Source of the DNA: Octopus vulgaris
Taxonomy: Eukaryota
Direction: 5' to 3'
Assembly (NCBI GenBank): GCA_951406725.2
Contig: OX597822.1
Span: forward strand, 34,658,001 to 34,722,000
Length of the DNA stretch: 64,000 bases
Shown here piece after piece: positions 54,948 through 64,000 of the stretch. The stretch's first letter is position 1, and the number at the start of each line of letters is the position of its first letter. The notes beneath the pieces are model-generated. The model searched no databases and was not told the origin of the DNA. It was given only the letters and a program-made list of their open reading frames with translations. Made by a program: the position numbers and the translations under genes.

Positions 54948-55127
54948 AGTTCTATATTTAAGAGATGAGGAATTACGTACATTATATTATTTACAATTGA
55001 CGGAAATTTGTCCTCATCTTGTTTGTTTTTAACACAACGTTTCGGCTGGTATACCCTCCAGCCTTCATCAGGTGTCTTGGGGAAATTTCGAACCTGGGTT
55101 CGCATTCCTAAGGTATTTTTCGATGTT
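54948..55127 (-). mobile_element. Hammerhead-bearing body of putative tRNA-headed element (family F)
   Basis: Contains the hammerhead below; terminus repeated at 18693; adjoins the ATC/ATT tract leading to a same-strand tRNA-like head. Confidence 0.65.
55031..55076 (-). ncRNA. Minimal type I hammerhead ribozyme (Penelope type)
   Basis: Minus strand GACAC-CTGATGA-A-GGCTGG-agggtata-CCAGCC-GAAA-CG-TT-GTGTT: stem I 5 bp, stem II 6 bp, palindromic AACGTT in place of stem III. Confidence 0.8.
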
Positions 55128-55154
55128 GTTGTTATCATCATCATCATCATTATT

Positions 55155-55186
<32 letters not shown>

Positions 55187-55235
55187 TATCACTATTATTA
55201 TTATTATCATTATTACTATTATTACTATTATTATT

Positions 55236-55885
55236 GAGTGAGAGAGCAGTGCATGCCATCAAAGTGACACTGGGGTAAAATATACGAAGCCCAATATACC
55301 CATCATGACTACCCGTCTGATAAGGGTACACCAGGCACATGCATCACAACCATATGTGCGCGACATGGTGATCTTATTATTATTATTATTATTACTATTA
55401 TTATTATTATTGAGTGAGAGAGCAGTGCATGCCATCAGAGTGACACTGGGGTAAAATATACGAAGCCCCGTATACCCATCATGACTACCCGTCTGATAAG
55501 GGTACACTAGGCACATGTATCACAACCATATGTCGGCGACATGGTGATCTCATATCAAGATAAACAGCACATGAACTTGCATGTGGGGCCCAGTTAGAAT
55601 TTTCTTCTGGTTGAGTAACTCATCCCGTTCCAAAGGTCCCTGAATAAGGGTTGTTTAAGGATGTTGAACAAAACACCCAAGTTTCCAGAAGTGAATTATT
55701 CAAATCCCAAAGAATCTCTCTCAAGACATGGCTATGATGATCCCCCACTACTTTTCCTCGTGATCAGAGATGCACATATCGTCAGCCACTAAGGGTCTTG
55801 CTCAACTGGTTAAGGTCAAACAACTGACAAGCAAATCTTTGGTATTGAGCAGAATATTTGCTGTAGCCCATCTTTTATACCAAGA
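55236..55885 (-). mobile_element. Two tandem family E copies (55236-55374; 55412-55885), same 3' end, different 5' truncations
   Basis: Both start gagtgagagagcagtgcatgccatc directly after (ATT)n on the plus strand; homologous to 33751-34196. Confidence 0.85.
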
Positions 55886-56029
55886 TTCAGGTCACTGCCT
55901 GGAATCAAACTCAGAATCTTGGGGTTAATAGATCGCGCTTTTAACGACAACGCCAGATGCCCGTGAGCGTAGTGCTTAAGAGCGCGGACTACTAACCCCA
56001 TGATTCCGAGTTCGATTCCAGGCAGTGAT

Positions 56030-56034
<5 letters not shown>
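55886..56034. mobile_element. Palindrome of two divergent tRNA-like Pol III heads
   Basis: Right arm gcgtagtgcttaagagcgcggactactaaccccatgattccgagttcgattccaggcagtgatctgaa; left arm is its reverse complement with some mismatches; B box GAGTTCGATTCC. Confidence 0.85.
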
Positions 56035-56121
<87 letters not shown>

Positions 56122-56123
<2 letters not shown>

Positions 56124-58607
56124 CAATAGCAGACCTAAGAAAGGCACTCACGAAGGCCCATAATTGGAAATCCCCCCGTAAAGATGGGGTGCCGAATATC
56201 TGGCTCGCATCGCTCCCATGCGCACACGGTAAGCTAGTTCAGCTGCTCAATGGAATTATGAGAGACCCAAAGAAAACACCTGAATGGTTAGCAAGTGATA
56301 TTACTTACCTACTCCCAAAGAATAACGAAACCAACCTCCCCAAAAACTATCGGCCTATAACCTGTCTATCCACCACGTATAAAATCCTAACATCTATCCT
56401 GGCGGAGAAAACATATGCATTCATGGAGAAGAACGATATTTTCCCCATTGAACAAAAAGGGTGCCGCCGAGGCTCTTACGGATGCAAAGATTAACTGCTA
56501 ATTAATCGTATGATCCTTGAGAACTGTCACAACAAGCGCAGAAATCTCAGCTCCGCATGGATTGACTATAAAAAGGCCTTCGACAGTATACCGCATCCAT
56601 GGATCTTGAGATCGCTGGACATCTTCAAAATTTCCCCTGTGATTTCAAACTTCCTGAAGCACAATATGTCGTTGTGGAATACGAATCTCCAATTATACCA
56701 CTCTAATGGAGTACTTGCCTCAGAAAATATAAACATCAACTGTGGAATTTTTCAAGGTGACTCACTTTCACCTTTAATATTCTGCATAGCCCTAATACCC
56801 CTTACAAGTGAATTAAACAGAACAGGGTATGGGTATAAAATTGCCAATAAAAAAATAAGCCATCTATTTTATATGGATGACTTAAAACTCTATGGTAAAG
56901 ACAATAATGAACTTGAAGGCCTATTGCGCACTGTGAAAGCATTCAGCGATGACATCGGGATGGAGTTTGGACTTGAGAAGTGTGCCAAGGCCACTTTCCA
57001 GAAAGGGAAAGTGAAGACCACAAATTCAGTCGTGTTAGATGTTGACACAGTCATAAGAGAGCTTGAGCAAGAACAAACATACAAATATTTAGGGATAAAT
57101 GAAGGCTCTGGTATTCAGCATGCAAGCATGAAAGAGAAGATCAGGAAGGAATGTTATAGGATAGTTCGTGCAGTCCTGAAATCTGAACTAAATGCACGTA
57201 ACAAGGTGTTAGCTATAAATTCCTTAGCAGTTCCAGTTGTTACTTATAGCTACAATATGTTGAACTGGAATATGAGTGAAGTAAAGAATATAGATAGGAA
57301 AATACGCAAGCTGCTGAGTTGTAATAGGATGCACCACCCAAAGGCAGACGTAGATCGCCTTTACCTTCCCAGAGCCCAAGGAGGTCGAGACCTGATCCAA
57401 TTTGAACTAGCTTACAAAACAACCACAATTGGACTGGCCAAATATCTCGAAATAACGAATGACTGGATGCTAAAGCTCGTGGAAAATCACGAGAGACGAA
57501 AGAAGCTTCATTCTATCATAAAGGAAAGCAAAAAATTTGCTATTGATCTCGTGCAGGATACCCAAACTGAACAACCCGAGGGAAGTACGGCAACTATTGT
57601 TGCAAAGAAGGTAAAAATAATAGCAACGAAAAAAGCGCACGAGCAATTGGCTGATAGGTGGGAGGAGAAACATCTGCACGGCAAATATGTGGCCCGCAGC
57701 AAACAAGCTGATGTTGACCAGAAGCAAACTCATCAGTGGCTACGGAGCTCAGGGCTAAAAGCAGAGAGCGAAGGTTTCATCCTGGCTGCTCAAGATTAAA
57801 GCCTAGTAACCCGGAACTACCAGGCCAATGTGATGAAAAATGGAGCAGACCCAAAATGCCGATTCTGCAACGACATGATTGAAACAGTGGACCACCTAAT
57901 CTCTGGATGTAAAGTCTTAGCACCAGTGGAGTATAAATTAAGACATAACAGAGTTGGCCAATATCTACACTGGCTAATAAGTCGGCATTACAATATCAAA
58001 ACTGCCGACAAGTGGTATAATCACCACCCTGAGGCTGTAACTGAAGGAGAAATGTAACTATTCTGTGGGACTTTCCAGTACATACAGACCGAACCATCAA
58101 GGCCAATAAACCAGATATTGTTGTGAAAGATCAAAACAATAAAGTTTGCTTATTGATCGACATGAGCATCCCCTGTGATCATAATATCTCAGCGAAAGAG
58201 TTTGACAAGCTCAGAAAATATAAAGACCTGCTCATTGAAATTGAGAAAATGTGGCATCTCAAGGCGGTTACAATACCAGTGATCGTAGGAGCACTAGGAA
58301 TGATCAAGAAGGGAACCGAAAATTATATGAGAATGATCCCTGGCTTACCATCCCTGCAAGAAGTGCAAAAGATTGTCTTAACTGGTACATCACACGTATT
58401 GAGAAAAGCATTGTCGATGTGAGAACTGTTGCTGCTCATGTATTTTAATTTAACTTAAAAGAAATAATAAAAATTTTTAAAAAATGAACGAACGAGTTTG
58501 GTTTAATGGCCTACCAATGTATACTATGAGTTTCTTTGCCCTAGAAGTCGGGAAGACACTCGGCAAGAAATGGAAGCAAATTTGAAAGAAGAAAAAGAAA
58601 AAGTAAC
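56122..58607 (+). mobile_element. R4/Dong-clade non-LTR retrotransposon, 5'-truncated, inserted in (AAT)n
   Basis: RT, CCHC and REL domains plus 3'UTR; (AAT)n on both sides, matching the TAA-repeat targeting known for Dong. Confidence 0.9.
56123..58422 (+). pseudogene. Disrupted RT / zinc knuckle / restriction-like endonuclease ORF
   Basis: NYRPITCL, WIDYKKAFDS, GIFQGDSLSP, FYMDD, YKYLG, CRFC..ETVDHLISGC, RHN, KPDIV..IDMSIP..KY; stops at 56492 and 57797, frameshift near 58050. Confidence 0.92.
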
Positions 58608-58889
58608 AATAATAATAATAATAATGATAATGATAATAATAATAAGGGTGGGTGCATATTTCCTTATAGTAGATGTGATCTTTCCATTCTGAAACAGCTC
58701 TGAGTAAGGGCGGTTGCCATATACTCTTAAGCAAGTTACTTGCTGCCTTGCAATGGTCAAGAAACGCTGTAAGAAAACTTCGGATGCATTATGGCTTGTT
58801 GTTTTTGCATGCATGGCACAACGGCTTGTGAACATTTTCTCATGGGTAGTAAGCAGTCTTTATTCGTAAGTTAAAAGAGAAACCTCAAT

Positions 58890-59125
58890 TCAGTAATCCC
58901 TCGACTATCGCGATTGTTACTTTCCGAAAAACCCGCGATAGGTGAAAATCCGCGAAGTAGAAACACTAGTGCATTGTATGTATGTTTTATTAGTTTCATA
59001 ATTTGTATATATTTATTTCATTATAAATGGAAAGCAACACCACAGAGGAATCGAGTTAACCTTAAATAATAAACCACGATAGGCGAACAGCGATAGGTGA
59101 ATCGCGATAGGTGAACTGCGATGTG
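58890..59125 (+). mobile_element. Tigger/pogo-like MITE, right end eroded
   Basis: cagtaatccctcgactatcgcg terminus; subterminal repeats gcgataggtgaa. Confidence 0.65.
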
Positions 59126-59244
59126 TGAAATTCGATATGCCGAAGGATTATTGTATCAGATGCTCGACCAGCAAAACTAACACTGTAAAAAAAACAAAAT
59201 CTGCTATGGAAAAGATAAAGTGTAGATATTTCATTAAACGTGGA

Positions 59245-59320
59245 GGTCCAGCTGGGGGGAACATATGCGCCATAGAAACCGGGAAAAGGGCGCATAAATA
59301 AATAAATAAATAAATAAATC
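59245..59320 (+). mobile_element. SINE tail-1 stub with (TAAA)n tail
   Basis: gtccagctgggggaacatatgcgccatagaaaccggg matches the reverse complement of 4440-4527. Confidence 0.75.
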
Positions 59321-59470
59321 TCATTAAACAAGATTAGAGAGAACTTCCCATATGGTGTACCAATAGATGAAGCTATTTAAATCTGTGCCTCGTGAAAGCA
59401 AAAACAGGTCAGATTATATTATTTCGAAAGCACAAGAATATTTTCAGTCATATGTAGCTCTAACATATAT

Positions 59471-60013
59471 ACGGGCAAAACGCCCCTCCCGCGTCCAATG
59501 GACGGTGCTGAGTTGTCAAACATTTAAACCAAATTTTCTCAAAACTTTTCATTAAAAAATTATTAAGCATGCCTTTATTTCAATAAAATTTTTGGTTTTG
59601 TTAAACGAAGTTAAGGCAAAAATAAAAATTCTTGAGAAACCAAATAGTCTTTCCTTCCTTCGTGCCAAGTGTGAACAAAATATCTCTTTTGCGTCTTACA
59701 TTTTTGGTCTCTTAAATATACTGCATTTTGTGGCATTATTCCAAACCAGCCGGCTTTTTTTGCGCAAACTGTACGTGCAATTTTCTCGCGTACGCGTAGT
59801 ATCGATCTCAACAGCTGATGTGCTTGCACGTACAAATGCACGTTCCCACGGCTTTATCGGTCGCATTCTCATCTGGACTCGGTTTTTGTAATTTTTTTCA
59901 AGACTTATACACGCCCTGATGCCGTTGGTATCTACATATCAAATTTGAGTGCGATCGGATGGCGGATGTCCAAGATCCATACACACACACACAGAACGAT
60001 TTTATATAACAGA
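59471..60013 (-). mobile_element. Non-autonomous Helitron-like element
   Basis: Subterminal hairpin cgtcca-a-tggacg at one end; (CA)n...ttttatataacagat (5'-TC on minus strand) at the other; CTAG terminus degenerate. Confidence 0.45.
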
Positions 60014-60473
60014 TGTGTGTATGTATGCGTAAATGTTTACCAGCGCATCCAAGGATGTGTTTTTCCATGTGTTTAAAGTATGTTCAGATGATAATGATGA
60101 CGATACCGGTGATAGTTGGACGGCAATCACGCTGAGTTTGCCGGCAGTGATGCTGGTAATGGTGATGATGGGGTGGCAATGGTGGTGGTGATGCTTATTG
60201 TAGGAGGTAATGTTTATTGTTGATAGCGATGATGATGATGATGATGATGATTATGATACTGAAGACAACGACAACGATGATAACGATGTTGATGTTGATG
60301 ATGGCGGTGGTAGCGGCGGCGGCGGCGGTGTTGGTGGTGGTGGTGGCGGCGGTGATACTGGTGGTGGTGATGGTGCTCATGCTGGTGCTAGTTGTGGTGG
60401 TGGAGGTGGTGGTGTTGGTGGTGGTGATTATGGTGGTTGTAGTGGTGGTGGTAACGTGTTGGTGATAGTCGGT

Positions 60474-60516
<43 letters not shown>

Positions 60517-60864
60517 AATGACATATTCGTGATCATGATGATGATTATTAAGGCTAGGATAAATGATTGAAACCGACACAGCATAGGTGCTCATAAAATT
60601 AATTACGAGTTAGTTTCGGATTACGTAACCTCTTGCAGATAAAAGGATAAATATCGCCCCATGCTCCAGATAGGAATGAGTACCATTCTATTACCGATAA
60701 CACTTCGGTGCCTATTAATGAGGCGTGTGAGATTAAGAGTCTCGTCCATAGATGCAAGAGATACAATGAAACGGCTGGAACAGATATGAAACCGCTACTT
60801 GACCTAATATCCTCAAACATTCTCTGATAGCCTGAAATGGATTGTACTTAAATTCTTTCGTTTT

Positions 60865-60920
<56 letters not shown>

Positions 60921-60989
60921 TAGTCACGTGTGTGTATATGTACATACATGCAGGCTTACATACATGCATGTATGCACACATACATCGGC

Positions 60990-61325
60990 CTGAGATATGT
61001 AACACACTGCTTAAATACCAGTCTTGAGAAATTAGGCTTCTCAAAATCAGAAAGGAGAAAGCTGATTCGAAGACTGCGGATTCAAGCCATTACTGGAACT
61101 GTAAAAATCTGTAAAACTTTTCAGAAGTTTATCATTCAAATATATATGAGCATGTTTTAGATATGCAACTATATGGATGAGAATACATACATAAAGCAAT
61201 ACAAATCTGCATATATACATACATACATACATACACTGTTGTTGATGTTGAAATTCCAATGGTGGAGCCTCGGATTTTGGTTAGAAACCGACTCTTTCTC
61301 TATTGGCATGAAATATTGAAATAAT
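60990..61325 (+). pseudogene. 3' end of a further REL-type LINE
   Basis: YVTHCLNTSLEKLGFSKSERRKLIRRLRIQAITGTVKICKTF resembles REL-clade C-termini; followed by a UTR-like tail. Confidence 0.55.
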
Positions 61326-61373
61326 GATACACACACACATACGCACACACGCACTCACACACTCGCATATATA

Positions 61374-61614
61374 CAGGGTCGGCCAAAAGTCAGCCGACAG
61401 TAAATTAAGATTCCATAAATACTTGATATGCAATTTTATGTTTTCATTCCAATTATGAATGATTAATAATTGAAAGCTCGGAGGTAAATTCAACTTTTTG
61501 TTTTCCAACATTTGACTACTAATTAAGTGAAGTCTCATATAAATTAATTTCTTGTTTCAATCTTGAAATTAGATGAGTTTTGATTTACTGTCAAGTGAAT
61601 TTTGGCCAACCCTG
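61374..61614. mobile_element. Tc1/mariner MITE
   Basis: TIR cagggtcggccaaaagtcagccgacagtaaat / atttactgtcaagtgaattttggccaaccctg. Confidence 0.8.
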
Positions 61615-61632
61615 TGTATATACAGACATAAT

Positions 61633-61680
<48 letters not shown>

Positions 61681-61805
61681 AACACACACACACATATAAG
61701 GTGAGCATTCTTCCACTCACAATTATTTGAATCGAGACTAAAAATATTAAAGGACTTGGCAGCTTATATATCTAATATTCATCTTTTGACTTATTCGCTA
61801 TTATT

Positions 61806-61860
<55 letters not shown>

Positions 61861-61965
61861 TCTCCAAAATTATACAGTAAACGGACAGATTAACGTAAAA
61901 TTGTCTCTATTATAACTGAACATAAAAATAAACGATGATATATACATATATAAATATATATATAA

Positions 61966-62212
61966 TCCTCCTTCTTTCTTTCCTTCCCTGAACGTCTAAT
62001 AACACCCGAGGTCGACTTTGCCTTTCATCCTTCCGGGGTCGATAAATTAAGTACCGGTTACGCACTGGGGTCGATGTAATCGACTTAATCCGTTTGTCTG
62101 TCCTTGTTTGTCTCCTCTGTGTTTAGCCCCTTGTGGGTAGTAAAGAAATATATACTTGTTCCACGTCCTCGCGTTATGGTTTTCTCTTTGTGTTTTCATG
62201 TTTGGATTAACT
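61966..62212 (+). mobile_element. Truncated TA-associated element (family G) interrupted by a 5'-truncated SINE B (62006-62150)
   Basis: Reverse complement of 63012-63110; (TA)n on both sides. Confidence 0.8.
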
Positions 62213-62669
62213 TTATATATATACATTTATATATATATATATATATACATATATATACATATGTATGTATGTATGCATAAATTGTACTGAACAGCGTGTC
62301 AGATTTTCAACCGATTAAACCAGTTATACAATGAATTATAAAATTAGAATGTGAAACACGGAGTATTCTACAGATAGTTGTAGTTTCAATATAATCCTGT
62401 CATAACACGATCAGTCTTACACTGACTGTGACTAAGCTAAATTACAAATAATGCCAATCTCTTGGGCTTCCACACGGTTTCCGCTTATCGTATTTCACTT
62501 GATCGATCAGAAAGTTTGAATCTATCCAACGGCATGATGCAATGTTGTTTAAAGTGCTGCGCAGTTTGACAAGACGCCAAATCTTATTATTACGAATGCA
62601 GATTTCGTAACTCGTCAACCATGCCTACCTCGTGCGTATTAACAATCACGCGATGAAACACAATGGATA

Positions 62670-62984
62670 TTGCAAGAGACTGACTATGAGAGCGATGACT
62701 GTCATCGACACAGATCGAGAAAACAGGTTAAAGAGGAGTCAACAACTTTTACGAGAGCACATACTTGGCATGAAGAAGTTAAGCGTACTGCTCGAAAGCG
62801 CACTGCCGGTGTAGTGAATGGGGAAAGCTTGGTTTGCAATGTTTGCAGTTGTATATGCTTGTCAAGAGCAAGGTTCATTAGCCAGTAACGGAGCCGCAAA
62901 TGCAAAATATAAGTTAGTCCAAGTGCGCAAAATCTTCCTGAAGGTCAGCAATGGTCTTCCTCGATCAAGAGTTGACGGCCATCA
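62670..62984 (+). pseudogene. RTE-clade LINE 3' end
   Basis: RHRSRKQVKEE...LVCNVCSCICLSRARFISQ*RS (degenerate C-terminal C2H2 finger) then a short UTR. Confidence 0.65.
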
Positions 62985-63011
62985 TACACATATATATATA
63001 TATATATATAT

Positions 63012-63225
63012 AGTTAATCCAAACATGAAAACACAAAGAGAAAACACAACGCGAGGACGTGGAACAAATATAGTATTATTGGACGCTCAGGAAGGAAGGA
63101 AAGAAGGAAGGTTTAACGTTTCGAGCGGAGCTCTTCGTCAGAAACATAGGAAAAGGAAAGACCCAAAGAAGGGAAGACAGAGAAAAAAAATTCCCAACGG
63201 TACACACACGGTCACATTTTGAATG
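63012..63225 (-). mobile_element. TA-flanked small element (family G) carrying a hammerhead
   Basis: Island between two (TA)n tracts; second copy at 61966-62212. Confidence 0.75.
63111..63145 (-). ncRNA. Minimal type I hammerhead ribozyme (Penelope type)
   Basis: Minus strand GTTT-CTGACGA-A-GAGC-tcc-GCTC-GAAA-CG-TT-AAAC. Confidence 0.75.
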
Positions 63226-63269
<44 letters not shown>

Positions 63270-63494
63270 GATAGTCAGTAAATCATAAATCCGAAAGAGC
63301 AGCACGGTCTAAGTTATAGAGCAATTAAATAGAGTAATTAGATAGACTTGTGGCCAGTCTACAACTTTACCCAGGGTTTCATGTCCATAAAACGCTTAGT
63401 TTTTGAGCGTTTCTTCAGACTCTAATGGCCGATGGCTTTTAGCCTCTCTTCAGTGAAGAGCGTCTAACTATCTATATCTAATACAAACACACAC

Positions 63495-63555
<61 letters not shown>

Positions 63556-63793
63556 GGTGTGTGTGTGTACGCGTTTTAGTCATTCATCTGTGGCCATGCT
63601 GTAGAAGTTCGTATTCTCTAAAACAGATCCATTAGACGAGCGGTTAGACAGAAGGACGTAAACAGACAAACACTGGTTGTGAGGTGGTGTGTGGACAGAT
63701 AATCACAAAGAAACGGAGACGCACACACACACACACACACACACTCGAACACACACGCACAGACACACAAACGCACTCACGCACACACACACA

Positions 63794-63875
63794 CACCCAC
63801 GCCTCCACACACACACACACCCACGCCTCCACACACACCCACGCCTCCACACACATCCACGCCTCCACACACACA
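63794..63875. repeat. Minisatellite cacccacgcctcca(ca)n x4
   Basis: Direct reading. Confidence 0.85.
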
Positions 63876-64000
63876 ACATAATAATTTCGCAATTCTTATT
63901 TTCAGATTGGTGAATACCATTTCAATTTTTTTCAATAAAACTTTATTAAAGCGTACATTATCTCACATATTCCACAAATTTTTTTCACAGTAAACCATTC

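Noticed and set aside
55967-56034. Functional tRNA gene
   Set aside because: Cloverleaf incomplete; one arm of a palindrome within mobile DNA
63380-63460. Hammerhead on the minus strand (two CTGAAGA, GAAACCCTGGGTA)
   Set aside because: Stem II does not close between either core half and GAAA

Overview
AT-rich, microsatellite-saturated animal genomic DNA, most likely octopus or another coleoid cephalopod (inferred from the tRNA-Arg-headed OR-type SINEs and repeat density). No host protein-coding gene can be supported; nearly all ORF-track hits are translated simple repeats. The only long coding region is a 5'-truncated, inactivated R4/Dong-clade retrotransposon (RT, CCHC, restriction-like endonuclease; 56122-58607) inside an (AAT)n tract. 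The window also holds at least four tRNA-derived SINE families that swap head and tail modules, LINE remnants (R4/Dong, CRE, CR1-group, RTE), Tc1/mariner, Tigger-like and Merlin-like MITEs, and a Helitron-like element. The most unusual locus is 54.9-58.6 kb. There a head-to-head palindrome of tRNA-like Pol III heads is followed by (AAT)n and a Penelope-type minimal hammerhead ribozyme, suggesting a Pol III ribozyme-SINE. Its AAT tracts were hit by the Dong LINE and twice by a non-coding AAT-associated element. Further hammerhead motifs occur in other (TA)n-associated islands. All calls were made by eye, and boundaries of degenerate copies are approximate.
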